Below the pieces are notes generated by a model that was given only the letters and a program-made list of their open reading frames with translations, ran no database searches and was not told the DNA's origin. Below, one piece after another: positions 9,077 to 19,298 of a stretch of DNA of 64,000 bases. Positions within the stretch are counted from its first letter, which is position 1. Every line of letters starts with the position of its first letter. The DNA is from Promethearchaeota archaeon (lineage in GTDB: Archaea; Asgardarchaeota; Lokiarchaeia; Sigyniarchaeales; SOKP01): NCBI GenBank assembly GCA_048941015.1, contig JBHLNZ010000008.1:1-64000 (forward strand), given 5' to 3'. Made by a program: the position numbers and the translations under genes.

Positions 9077-10198
9077 TTAGGAATTTAAAGAGATAATTTT
9101 GCTTTCTTTGGAAGATTGATAAGCCATCTCGATAATTTCATGTGCTCTATACCCAATTTCTAATCCGGGATAAGGCTTTTTTTCTTCGATGATTGACTTC
9201 AAAAAATTGAGGTCTTCGAACATGAAATGTCCAGTATTTGGGTATACTAAGGGCAAATTATGAGCTTTTTGATACTCTTGAATAATATCTCCAGCATTAA
9301 GTTTAGTTCGTTTCCTTTCTATTAAATATTCAAATTTCCTGAAATAAATATCGCTAAATCCTCCCAATAATAAATATCCATTTTCAAAGAAAATTTCAAT
9401 TAATCTCGCATCCATTTTTGTTTTGTTCCAAATACTTGTTAAATTTCCAGTAAAGCCATCTTCATACTCAAAATTTAAATTTGCTACATCTTCAATTTGA
9501 TTCTGAGATAAAGGAGCGACAAATCTCACTTTGGCAAATAGATTTAAGAGTTTGAAGTTATCTCCAAAAAAGTAATCAAGTATATCAACATCATGAATAC
9601 TATGTTCGAATAAACAACCAGCATGAGCTAAAGTGGGATCTTTCCTCCAATCCGAACGAAAATTACGCCATTCGACTGGCCATCTTTGAGTGCTTCTTGA
9701 GATAAAAGATAATCTTTCACCAAGGCTTTCCTTATTTTCTAATAAGATTTGTTTTAATTTCCACATAGTAGGACAATGTCTTAATACTAAACCTACCTGT
9801 GCAAATATGTTTTGTTTCTTTTCAACAGAAACCATTTCCTTAATATCTTCTAATGAAAATGCGAGTGGTTTTTCACAAAAAATGTTTTTTCCCGATTCAG
9901 CAGCTTTAATAAAATAATCTTTGTGAAATCGAGTTGGGGTGGTAATATACATTATATCAATTAATTTATCTTTAATTAATTCTTCAGGATTGATTGTGAA
10001 ATAATCAATATTATATGGATTCTTTTTTTTTATGCTATTTAATGAATCTTCATTAATATCTGCTACTCCACGTATATTTAACTTAATTTTATAATTTGAG
10101 AGGAGATTTTTTTCTATTATATTCTTTAAGGAAAGCAAGTGTGTTAATCCAATATTTCCAGCTCCAATCAGCCCTATATTTAAATTCATTAAAACCAT
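9077..10198 (-). CDS. Gfo/Idh/MocA family oxidoreductase
   Basis: GLIGAGNIG, CEKPLA, EHSIHDVD. Confidence 0.9.
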   Translation of the reverse strand: MVLMNLNIGLIGAGNIGLTHLLSLKNIIEKNLLSNYKIKLNIRGVADINEDSLNSIKKKNPYNIDYFTINPEELIKDKLIDIMYITTPTRFHKDYFIKAAESGKNIFCEKPLAFSLEDIKEMVSVEKKQNIFAQVGLVLRHCPTMWKLKQILLENKESLGERLSFISRSTQRWPVEWRNFRSDWRKDPTLAHAGCLFEHSIHDVDILDYFFGDNFKLLNLFAKVRFVAPLSQNQIEDVANLNFEYEDGFTGNLTSIWNKTKMDARLIEIFFENGYLLLGGFSDIYFRKFEYLIERKRTKLNAGDIIQEYQKAHNLPLVYPNTGHFMFEDLNFLKSIIEEKKPYPGLEIGYRAHEIIEMAYQSSKESKIISLNS

Positions 10199-10291
10199 TC
10201 CAGTGCATTAATTAAATCAGAAAAGTTTTAATTTAAATTAAATTTAATTCTTCTACAAAAAAGTGAATTTGAAATGCATCTCATTTAATTA

Positions 10292-11473
10292 TTGAAAGTA
10301 ATTATGATGTATGATGTTGTAATTTCAGGAGCAGGTCCTTCAGGGTCTCAATGTGCAGAAGTATTAACTAAAGCAGGTTTTAATGTTGCTTTGCTAGAAA
10401 AAGATATAAACTGGCGCAAACCCTGTGGAGGTGCTATTAATCGTCGTGTTTTAAATTACTATCCAAAATTAAGAAAATTAGATTTACCAAAAATTCGGGG
10501 AATATCTATACATTCATCGGATTATCATGAGTTAGAATATGAAGTTGGAGAGAAATCTCGTGGAAGTGTAATGGATCGTTTAGATCTTGATAATTTGATG
10601 AGAAATATGGCAGTAGATAGTGGAGCTGAGCTTTTTGACAAAAATCTTTCGGTAGATTTTATTATAAAAAATCAAAAAAAAGTTGGTATTCTTACTAAAA
10701 CTCCAACTGGTAAAAAAGAATATATTGGGAAAATATTGGTATTAGCAGATGGTATGAGTTCCAAGTTAGCACTAAAATCAGGAATAAGAAAAAAATGGGA
10801 AACTGGAGAGATTGCAAACGGAAAGTGTGCAATTATGGTGGGAAGCCATAATTTAGATGAGGGATTTATATATATCTACTTTATGCCTTATAAAGGATAT
10901 GGTTGGATATTCCCTTTAGATAATAAGAAATTCAATATTGGAGTTTATACATTTGGAAAAGATAATCTCAACTATAACTTAGACAAGATTTATCATGAGT
11001 TTCTTCAAAATCCAAATATAAAAAAGCTTATTCCAGGTTCGAATTACAAAACTTTTTGGTCAGGTGCTTATCCTTTTCCAACAGAAGGTGTACTTGTAAA
11101 AAGTTTATATGATGATAATTTACTCTTAATAGGTGATACAGCAGGTTTTGTATCTCCAATTAGCGGTGAGGGTATTCAAACTGCATTGAGTTCTGGAAAT
11201 GTTGCTGCAAATATTGCAATTAAAGCTCTTGAATTAGAAGATTATTCTAAAAATATTTTGAAATCATATAAAAGTCATCCTAATATAAAAAAAATTGTAA
11301 AATCTTTTAAGCTAAAACGATCAATGAGACAATTCTTTTATGCTAACAAGGGAGAAGATCTAAATAAATTATTAGAACTCACGGAAGGAGATGAAGAATT
11401 TAAGAGTAAAGTAATTGATCTTTTTATGTCTAGAGACGTTCCTGTAGAAGAAATCTTCTCAAGACTTAGATAA
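10292..11473 (+). CDS. Geranylgeranyl reductase family FAD oxidoreductase
   Basis: GAGPSG, KPCGG, ADG, GYGWIFP, GDTAGFVSPISGEGI. Confidence 0.9.
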   Translation: MKVIMMYDVVISGAGPSGSQCAEVLTKAGFNVALLEKDINWRKPCGGAINRRVLNYYPKLRKLDLPKIRGISIHSSDYHELEYEVGEKSRGSVMDRLDLDNLMRNMAVDSGAELFDKNLSVDFIIKNQKKVGILTKTPTGKKEYIGKILVLADGMSSKLALKSGIRKKWETGEIANGKCAIMVGSHNLDEGFIYIYFMPYKGYGWIFPLDNKKFNIGVYTFGKDNLNYNLDKIYHEFLQNPNIKKLIPGSNYKTFWSGAYPFPTEGVLVKSLYDDNLLLIGDTAGFVSPISGEGIQTALSSGNVAANIAIKALELEDYSKNILKSYKSHPNIKKIVKSFKLKRSMRQFFYANKGEDLNKLLELTEGDEEFKSKVIDLFMSRDVPVEEIFSRLR

Positions 11474-11508
11474 GAATTTTTATTGATATAAATAAAAGGA
11501 ATTAGTTA

Positions 11509-12348
11509 TTATTCATGTGGCAAAATTATTACTAGCGTTATGATAATAATCAAGCCTGCAATGAATATTAATGCTTGAATGATGGACTTTTTTAAATCTT
11601 TTTGCTTTATCAATTCAGGCATCAATTCTGTGCTAGCTAAATACAAGAATCCTCCACCTGAGAATGCTAGAAAGAATAAATTAAATAATTCGACTGTATC
11701 AGATAAAATGAACCCTAATATTCCTCCAAGTAATGCGACCATCGCACTTAGAAAATTGAAAAAGAGAGCTTTCTTTTTAGTAAAACCACCGTATAAAAGA
11801 ATCCCAAAATCCCCTACTTCCTGTGGTAATTCATGAAACAAAACAGCAAGCGTAATGACAATACCATTTCCAAATCCACTTAGAAAAGAAACCATTATAA
11901 TAACGCCATCTAAGAAATTATGTAAACCATCGCCTATCAAATTAAGAAGAGCGAAACTTTTTATTTTTCCACCCCTATTTACCATTATATCGGGGCCTTC
12001 TGTAATACTATCATAACAAACCAACTGGTCCTCTTTTTGATGTGCATGTCCATGAAACCAATAAATAAATCGTTCGAGTATAAAAAAAATGACATATCCA
12101 ATAATTATAAAAACAAAGACAATGCTTTCATTTAATGCTGCTCCTTCGGCATTCAATTCTTCAAGATGGTGTATTGATTCAGGTATTAAATCGAATAAAG
12201 ATGAAGCAAGAATTGTACCAGTTGCAAATGCAATAAGTATGAATAGAAGGCGGTCTAAGGTTCTTTCTTTGATAGAAATCATGAATAAGCCAATCAAACT
12301 AAGGAGTCCTATGAGAAAAATCATTAAGAAGCCAATAAGTATATTCAA
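11509..12348 (-). CDS. ZIP family zinc/metal transporter
   Basis: HGHAH loop, GDGLHNFLDG, HELPQEVGDFG, multiple TM helices. Confidence 0.93.
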   Translation of the reverse strand: MNILIGFLMIFLIGLLSLIGLFMISIKERTLDRLLFILIAFATGTILASSLFDLIPESIHHLEELNAEGAALNESIVFVFIIIGYVIFFILERFIYWFHGHAHQKEDQLVCYDSITEGPDIMVNRGGKIKSFALLNLIGDGLHNFLDGVIIMVSFLSGFGNGIVITLAVLFHELPQEVGDFGILLYGGFTKKKALFFNFLSAMVALLGGILGFILSDTVELFNLFFLAFSGGGFLYLASTELMPELIKQKDLKKSIIQALIFIAGLIIIITLVIILPHE

Positions 12349-12474
12349 CTTTATAAAACCATTAGATTAATGATAATTTAGAGAACAAATTCTCTTATGA
12401 TTATACCCTCTAATTCTATAATGATTAAATAACTTACTTTTTCAAAAAATAAATAATGATCAATCAGATCATAT

Positions 12475-13329
12475 TTATACAATTTGTTTTTCAGAGAAAA
12501 CAGATTTTAGAAAAACGTGAAATTCTTCAGCATTTTTTTCTAAAATACGGGTGTTCTCTATTATATTATTTTTTATAAATTCCTTAATAAGCTTGTTTTT
12601 CAAGATTATCAAATTAACGATAGTTTTCACTTCTTTTCTTACATAAACATTAAATGGTGCTTTTCTTTTACCACCTCTTTTAGGTACATCAACTATTTGC
12701 TGTTTATATAGACTAGTTATAGTTTTATAAAAATTTTCATGAGGAAAACGTTCATTATACCACGTCTTCAAATCTATTATTGGTGAAGGATTCTTAGATA
12801 AATAATCAAGAGTTTCGATTACACTTTTTTTCTCTAATAAAGTTGTTATAAATCCTTCTTCATGCTTTTCTTGGACTTCATCGATAATTGCCAAGTATAA
12901 CTCTTTAATCCAAGTTTTAACCAACTTTTTTTCATTATTATTAGTAATCTGTTTATTTTGATTTTCTGAGTTATAATTTTTATAAAAAGCAATAAAGATA
13001 TCATCTCTCTCTTTCAACCATTCTGAAAATTCATTACATAGTGAAAATACTACTTTTTCAATCTCAGCTGATATAGCGTCTTTAAAAATGACTGATATCA
13101 TCAGAAATTCTTTATATCCGCGAGCCCATTCTGAATCAATCTCAAAATAGTAATTTAATGTATTGCATCCATTAAATGAATAAGTAAAAAAACCTTCAGA
13201 AATCATTTGATCCATGAGATTCGCTACAATACAGGCTTCATTTTCATTCAAATTTCCCTTTGGGTAAGTATAGAAAACAGTTGGACCAATTATTTTATCA
13301 AAGTATGAGAAAACGATGTAAAATTCCAT
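12475..13329 (-). CDS. Soluble longin-like (NPRL2/3- or uDENN-like) protein with C-terminal helical/wHTH-like region
   Basis: N-terminal FSYFDKIIGP (FDxxxGP) and NYYFEIDSEWARG...LMIS pattern resembling Asgard longin/uDENN-like proteins. Confidence 0.65.
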   Translation of the reverse strand: MEFYIVFSYFDKIIGPTVFYTYPKGNLNENEACIVANLMDQMISEGFFTYSFNGCNTLNYYFEIDSEWARGYKEFLMISVIFKDAISAEIEKVVFSLCNEFSEWLKERDDIFIAFYKNYNSENQNKQITNNNEKKLVKTWIKELYLAIIDEVQEKHEEGFITTLLEKKSVIETLDYLSKNPSPIIDLKTWYNERFPHENFYKTITSLYKQQIVDVPKRGGKRKAPFNVYVRKEVKTIVNLIILKNKLIKEFIKNNIIENTRILEKNAEEFHVFLKSVFSEKQIV

Positions 13330-13544
13330 TTTAATATATTTTTACTTCAATAATTCAGTTGCTTATAAAATAAATTTCATGTATAAAAATTCAAATAATA
13401 TTTACAAAATACTTCTTTAAGAACGACGGTTTGAAAAAATCCGAAGCAGGCATTATTACAAATTTTCTGCTTCCAGTTAATTTATAAAAAGTATTTAATA
13501 TTTGAGAATATTTACTATTTTAAAATTATTGATTAAGGATAATA

Positions 13545-14333
13545 TTGAAAACTACTATTTTTTATTTTACAGGGACAGGAAATTCGCTTAAAGTCGCTAT
13601 CGATCTATGTAACTTATTAGATAATTGTGTGCTTAACCCAATGGTAAAAGAATGGGAAAAAGACGTAATTAATGTAATTACTGAAAATGTAGGTTTTGTT
13701 TTTCCAATGCATTACTGGGGATTACCACGAGTTGTATATGATTTCATTAATAAATTAAGTTTGAATAAAGTAAAATACCTTTTCGCAGTAATTACAAGAG
13801 CTAGTGATGTAGATGGCATAGCTTTAGTTCAAATAGAAGAACTTCTGAATAAGAATGCAAAGCATCTTAATGCGGCTTATTTTGTTGAAATGCCAGCGAA
13901 TTTTATATTAGGGGAAGATATCTACTCTAAAGAAGAACAAGAAAGAGTTTTCAAAGAAGAAGAAAAAGAAATTGGTAAGATTGCAAATGACGTTATGACA
14001 AGAAAGACGTTTATAGAGATTGATCCTACTAAAAAGAAAAGATCTTTTGAAAAAACTAATAAAGGATTTCGTGATAATGTTTTCGAAAGTGACAAATTTT
14101 TCTATGCAGATGAAACTTGTAATAGTTGTGGCATTTGTGAGAAGATATGTCCATTAAATAATATTAAAATTTTAGAAGGAAAACCTCAATGGCAGCATCG
14201 GTGTGTTCAGTGTTTAGCATGTATTCATTATTGCCCTGAAGGATCAATTCAGTATGGTGATAAAACAATTGAAAGAGGAAGATATCATCATCCTAAAATT
14301 ACCATAAAAGATATGATTGGTCAGAAATCTTAG
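13545..14333 (+). CDS. EFR1-type flavodoxin-ferredoxin fusion
   Basis: YFTGTGNS; CNSCGICEKICP; CVQCLACIHYCP; RYHHP. Confidence 0.9.
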   Translation: MKTTIFYFTGTGNSLKVAIDLCNLLDNCVLNPMVKEWEKDVINVITENVGFVFPMHYWGLPRVVYDFINKLSLNKVKYLFAVITRASDVDGIALVQIEELLNKNAKHLNAAYFVEMPANFILGEDIYSKEEQERVFKEEEKEIGKIANDVMTRKTFIEIDPTKKKRSFEKTNKGFRDNVFESDKFFYADETCNSCGICEKICPLNNIKILEGKPQWQHRCVQCLACIHYCPEGSIQYGDKTIERGRYHHPKITIKDMIGQKS

Positions 14334-14455
14334 ATTATAAAAATTCTGTTATTCTGAAGTATTTTTGTTAAAAAATATTTTTTTGTAATCGGCTTTTAGG
14401 ACTTAAAGGTTAATTTTATAAATCGCTCGAACTAAGAGGTAATAATAAACATCTT

Positions 14456-15727
14456 GTGATAAATAAATTGGAACGAGAAAAAGTATATTTAAAATTATTT
14501 AGCAAGAAGCTAATTAGTTTCAAAAAACTTAAATCCGGAGAAATTATTGGTACAGGCCTATTGAATCCTATCCTCGATAGATTAGGATTCTTTACAATGC
14601 TTCTTATACAAGCTAAATTTTATAGAGGATATAAAAATTTAGGTAAATGGAATGGAAAAAGAATTGCTAATACTTTTGCTCCTCCTGTTGGTAGTAAACC
14701 GATGTTTCGATTATTAAAAGCAGCAATAAAAGGCCGTATATTAAAATATAAATTTCCTGTTGCTATGACTTTTGCTGTGACATATAAATGTCAGTGTAAA
14801 TGTGTTCATTGTAGTGCAGGAAAGCATTTAAGAAAGGATGTGCCTGAGCTTACTACAAAGGAAGCAAAAAGAGTTATTGATGAGAGTTTAAACCTCGGTA
14901 TATCTATTCTTGCTTTTACAGGAGGAGAACCATTATTACGAGACGACATTTTTGAGCTTATATCTCATGTTGATAAAAGAAAAGCGGTACCTATTCTGTT
15001 TACTAATGGTCAATTTTTAAATGAAGAAAATTCAAAAAAATTAGCTGAAGCAGGATTATATTCAATTTTTGTAAGCATTGATAGTCCTTATCCAGATGAA
15101 CATGATAATCTAAGAGGGATGCCTGGGCTTTTTGATTCAGCCATAAAGGGAATTGAGCATATGAAATCTCAAGGTATCTTTGTTGGTTTATCATCCTATG
15201 CTACCCGCTCAGGAACCGATAGAGGTATGTATAAAAAGATTTATACTCTTGCGAGAAAACTCGATCTAAAGAATGTAATGCTTTTTGATGGTGTTCCAAC
15301 AGGTAATATGCTAAAAAATACTAGTGAGATGTTAACATATGAGCAAAGAGAGGAAATAAGGGAGTTTTCTTCAAAGATTTTTAAAAATGACATAATACCA
15401 CCACTTTCTTCACAAGCGTGGCAGAATTCTATTGAAGGATACCTTGGTGGTATTGGATGTCTCGCAGGGAATATTCAATATTATGTTTCAGCATATGGAG
15501 ATGTTACTCCATGTGATTTTACCCCTTTAAGTTTTGGAAACATACGAAAGGAATCTCTCAGCAAGATCTGGAATAGGATGGTAAAACATCCCGCATATAA
15601 TCATAGAAGTACTTTTTGCAGAATGCAAAATCAAAAGTTCCGTCATTTCTACATTGATCCAATTCCTGATAATGTTATTCTTCCATATGATATTAATAGA
15701 CTTGCCTACATTGATTATAGGAAGTAA
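14456..15727 (+). CDS. Radical SAM protein with SPASM/twitch domain
   Basis: CQCKCVHC, FTGGEP, GCLAG...GDVTPC, FGNIR. Confidence 0.92.
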   Translation: MINKLEREKVYLKLFSKKLISFKKLKSGEIIGTGLLNPILDRLGFFTMLLIQAKFYRGYKNLGKWNGKRIANTFAPPVGSKPMFRLLKAAIKGRILKYKFPVAMTFAVTYKCQCKCVHCSAGKHLRKDVPELTTKEAKRVIDESLNLGISILAFTGGEPLLRDDIFELISHVDKRKAVPILFTNGQFLNEENSKKLAEAGLYSIFVSIDSPYPDEHDNLRGMPGLFDSAIKGIEHMKSQGIFVGLSSYATRSGTDRGMYKKIYTLARKLDLKNVMLFDGVPTGNMLKNTSEMLTYEQREEIREFSSKIFKNDIIPPLSSQAWQNSIEGYLGGIGCLAGNIQYYVSAYGDVTPCDFTPLSFGNIRKESLSKIWNRMVKHPAYNHRSTFCRMQNQKFRHFYIDPIPDNVILPYDINRLAYIDYRK

Positions 15728-15747
15728 AGCTGATTAGATTAATGGTC

Positions 15748-16833
15748 CTATTTGGAAAATTCATCAAAAGTTTTAAATTTAGGTTTATTTTTTTTCAATT
15801 CTATTTTTTTTAAAAAGGATGTTGAGAAGATCTTTTCTTTGTTAAGAGATTCTATCACTTTTGAGTAAATTAATTCTTTATTTTTTTTTATATCATCATC
15901 GGGAAGTATTTCTATGTTTGTTTTTGATTTCCAAGTTAAATCAATAATTATTTTTATAATGGATTTAGTAGTATCTGTTCCTATGTTTGTATAATCTGCT
16001 TCAATTTTGGGTATTCTCCAATCTTCCATAATTCTTTTTTCGATTAAATCTTTATAATTCTCGTTTATCTCATATCCTATTCCTTTTCTTTTAAATAATC
16101 TACAGACCTTGAGAGTTGTCCCCGAACCTAAGAAAGGATCTAGAACAGTTTCACCTTCTACTGTATGCATTCTTATCAGTCGATAAGGAATATTCTCTGG
16201 AAATGGGGCAGGATGACCAAAAACGTTTTCTCCTTTACTACTAATTTTAATTACGGGAGAAATATCATCCCAAATACATCTTACCGCCCAATGTCGCCAT
16301 TCAGATTTCGTTAATAAGTTACTCTCTAAAATTTCTTTATCAATAGTCCGTGTTTTGCCTTTTTTAACCCATACAAATATTTGTTCAAATGAAGTATTTG
16401 AAGCGATATTAGTGGGTTTTGGATAACTTCCCCATGAAACATTATTTATATAAGCAGATTTGTCCCAATAATGCATCCCACTTAGATAAAGCTCATTTTT
16501 TCTCATAAATGCCTCAATATCAAACATGATATTTTGAATAATTCGTCGATTAAAACCTGAATATTCCCTGCTTATGGGTAATGGTTGGAAATTGATTGCA
16601 ATTTTTCCATTTGGTTGTAAAGTGCGAATGCACTCTTTCCAAACTTTATTTAAAGAGGTAATATATTGATTATAGGATTGTCCAAATCCGATTTGATTGA
16701 CATCTCCGTAATCTTTTACATTCCAATAAGGCGGTGAGGTCACGATTAATGTAATGGATTCTGAATCGACTTCTTCCATATGTTCAGAAGATTTAAAAAA
16801 GACTAACTGGTTGTCGATTCTCATTTCATGCAT
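15748..16833 (-). CDS. Orphan beta-class N4-C/N6-A DNA methyltransferase
   Basis: VTSPPYW, HPAPFP, LDPFLGSGTT, IGYE; no nuclease nearby. Confidence 0.92.
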   Translation of the reverse strand: MHEMRIDNQLVFFKSSEHMEEVDSESITLIVTSPPYWNVKDYGDVNQIGFGQSYNQYITSLNKVWKECIRTLQPNGKIAINFQPLPISREYSGFNRRIIQNIMFDIEAFMRKNELYLSGMHYWDKSAYINNVSWGSYPKPTNIASNTSFEQIFVWVKKGKTRTIDKEILESNLLTKSEWRHWAVRCIWDDISPVIKISSKGENVFGHPAPFPENIPYRLIRMHTVEGETVLDPFLGSGTTLKVCRLFKRKGIGYEINENYKDLIEKRIMEDWRIPKIEADYTNIGTDTTKSIIKIIIDLTWKSKTNIEILPDDDIKKNKELIYSKVIESLNKEKIFSTSFLKKIELKKNKPKFKTFDEFSK

Positions 16834-16912
16834 AAAGAAATGTCACACTTAATCCAAAAAATATTTAATTATCAACTTGATGATAATGTATAAAAAAAGA
16901 ATGTAAAAAAGC

Positions 16913-19219
16913 TTAATTCGAGTATTCTTTTTTATCGATTGGTTGGAAAATGCCTTTTTTAATCAATTGGAGAGTAATCTGATAATCTTTTGGACTACAG
17001 GTATTTTCAGGAATAAGATATAGAAAATAGAAGTAAGGAAAGTTATGTTCTTTCATAAAAGTCTGAGCTTTTTTAACCATATCCCTTTCATCTTGATTTA
17101 ATTTCATATCTTTTTTAATTGTGACAGTTAAAGGATAAAGTAAGGAAACATTGAGGTCACTCTCAACTAACTTTTTTATACTTCGAAAAGGTATAAGATT
17201 ACCTTGAAAGTCATCAATTAATTTGCCATAATATTTATAGATGTGATAAGCAAGAGACTCTATAGAATATATAAAATTTTTAGATGGATTGCTCTTCATA
17301 ATTACAATTAATCTCAAGTTGATGAATTCCGTCATAAAAATAATTGAATCTTTATACTCTACTTTCACTGTTTTTGAGTTTTTTGCTCCTTCAATAACTT
17401 CAACTCCAAAATTATGAATTGCTTGTAGAAAGCCCGAAATTAGAGTAGGATCTAAATCATTTTTTTCAAATGATTGAGAAAACAAATCGATTCCAGTTTT
17501 TACATCAAGAACAATTATATTTTTAATATTCATAATATCATTACATTGTTTTAGAATTAGATTTAGCTTTTCTCTACGTTTTGATCCAACTTTTTTAATA
17601 GCAACATAACTAGAAAATCCAAGAGTTATTCCTCCCCCAATAATTAAGCCAATAATGAGAAAAAAGAAGAGATTCTTATCAGAATTAGTTAAAGTTGCTT
17701 TGGTAATAGTAAAAATTTGGAGACTACTTCCAGCGTCAGTTTCGTTATTCCAAAACAAATAAGCAATATAATCTCCTTCAATTGAATTAGCAGGTATTTC
17801 ATAAGAAAAGAGATTACTTTCTGATGGGAGCTGTTTAAGTAGTTGATATTTTTCTAATCCAAATGGATCATTTAATATAAAAGTATAATTTCCTGCTAAA
17901 ATTGGAGAGTTAACAGAAAATCTTAGTTCTTGTTCAATTTTAAAATCAGTTTTAGGTGCATTGATAGTAATATCAATATGAGGTGAGTTAGCTGTAATCT
18001 CCCAATTAACTCCATTTTCAATAATATTATTAGGAATTATGATTGAATGGTCTATAGTGTTAATAATTATTTCTGATGTAATTTCTTCTTGGTTTTTAAA
18101 AATCTTTAGATTAAACCAACTTTTAGGGTATTCAAATTGAACGGTGTGGTTATTTGAAACTCTGGTAATTTCTGGATTGATATTCCATTGATTTACTCTA
18201 TTAGTTGTAACATTTAACTCCCCTGGAGCATTAAAAATATTAGAAATGTTAAAATTGTAATTTAAGCTAAATTTTAAAGTTTCAGTTTTATTATTCTCAA
18301 TTTGGATTTCTATTTGTTCATTATGTGGCTTATAATTTATATTATTTCTTTTTAAATATCCTTCTCCTTGAGTATAACCATTCAATACCTGATAGGAATA
18401 ACTATTAAATTCTGCTGTCATATTAATTTCTTCAGGATAGACGAGAGTTTCATTCATTCGAATTATTTTATATAAATAAGGAGAATTAGATGTTCCATTG
18501 CTCCATGTGTCTGTATCATCATATTCTGAAGTACTTAGATTCGAATTTGTTGGATCGATGTCATTATAATACCAATAATAACTGTCGTCACCAGTAGCCG
18601 ATAAGTTAGTACCGTTTAATACTAAGTAAAAATTACCATCTGGTAATGTTAGTGGAGAGGTAAAATTTTGTAAATACCATCCCTCTTGAGTGGACATATT
18701 AATATCCATAGTGAGATAGTAACTATTATTAGGGCTATTACTAATTGAATCATAACCTCTTATCTGAACTTGAATTATTTTTGGATAAGTATCACTAACT
18801 TTTTTCCCATAAATATAGACTCCATAAAGAGTTTCAGTTTTATTTAACTTAATTTGAACTCCTAACCCTTGACGCCTAAAATTTTTATTTTTGTAATAAA
18901 TATCATTATAAATTCCAGTATAATTTTTATCTTCGATATTTACTATTTCCTTGCCTAGTTCTAATATATCTGTAAAATTAAGTTCAATATCATTTAATTG
19001 CCAATTTGAAGTGGGTAATTCGACTTCAATTGAACTTATATTTTCGAAATTTCCTTGTTTAACAGAAGTTTCATTCATTTCAAAAGAAATATTATTTAGA
19101 ATTAATGATATTTCATTATTATCTGATGATTTAGCTCTTTTAATTGGTATAAAAGATAGAAATAAGCTAAATAGGATAATTACCAATAATAATCTCTTAA
19201 AAATTAAAACAGATTTCAT
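16913..19219 (-). CDS. Single-pass membrane protein: signal/anchor, beta-rich Asn-rich ectodomain, TM, cytoplasmic longin-like domain (paralog A1)
   Basis: N-terminal hydrophobic segment, many NxS/T sequons, TM LFFFLIIGLIIGGG, then LDPTLISGFLQAIHNFG. Confidence 0.8.
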   Translation of the reverse strand: MKSVLIFKRLLLVIILFSLFLSFIPIKRAKSSDNNEISLILNNISFEMNETSVKQGNFENISSIEVELPTSNWQLNDIELNFTDILELGKEIVNIEDKNYTGIYNDIYYKNKNFRRQGLGVQIKLNKTETLYGVYIYGKKVSDTYPKIIQVQIRGYDSISNSPNNSYYLTMDINMSTQEGWYLQNFTSPLTLPDGNFYLVLNGTNLSATGDDSYYWYYNDIDPTNSNLSTSEYDDTDTWSNGTSNSPYLYKIIRMNETLVYPEEINMTAEFNSYSYQVLNGYTQGEGYLKRNNINYKPHNEQIEIQIENNKTETLKFSLNYNFNISNIFNAPGELNVTTNRVNQWNINPEITRVSNNHTVQFEYPKSWFNLKIFKNQEEITSEIIINTIDHSIIIPNNIIENGVNWEITANSPHIDITINAPKTDFKIEQELRFSVNSPILAGNYTFILNDPFGLEKYQLLKQLPSESNLFSYEIPANSIEGDYIAYLFWNNETDAGSSLQIFTITKATLTNSDKNLFFFLIIGLIIGGGITLGFSSYVAIKKVGSKRREKLNLILKQCNDIMNIKNIIVLDVKTGIDLFSQSFEKNDLDPTLISGFLQAIHNFGVEVIEGAKNSKTVKVEYKDSIIFMTEFINLRLIVIMKSNPSKNFIYSIESLAYHIYKYYGKLIDDFQGNLIPFRSIKKLVESDLNVSLLYPLTVTIKKDMKLNQDERDMVKKAQTFMKEHNFPYFYFLYLIPENTCSPKDYQITLQLIKKGIFQPIDKKEYSN

Positions 19220-19298
19220 CTTATTGAAATTTCAATTTCAACTTTCTCTACATTCTAATCATTATTTTCGAAATAAATAATTTTCCCTTTTTTAGAAT

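Noticed and set aside
13443-13473. GAAGCAG...CTGCTTC hairpin in a divergent intergenic region
   Set aside because: Only a 7-bp stem with no recognisable RNA family or SECIS context; could be chance.
14456-15727. Radical SAM protein as the GRE activase or sulfatase maturase
   Set aside because: It has a SPASM/twitch-type layout unlike GRE activases, and is 15 kb and 37 kb from those genes, so there is no supporting linkage.
791-16833. Defence island or mobile element suggested by two DNA methyltransferases
   Set aside because: No nuclease, integrase, transposase, terminal repeats or evident compositional shift; intervening genes are metabolic.
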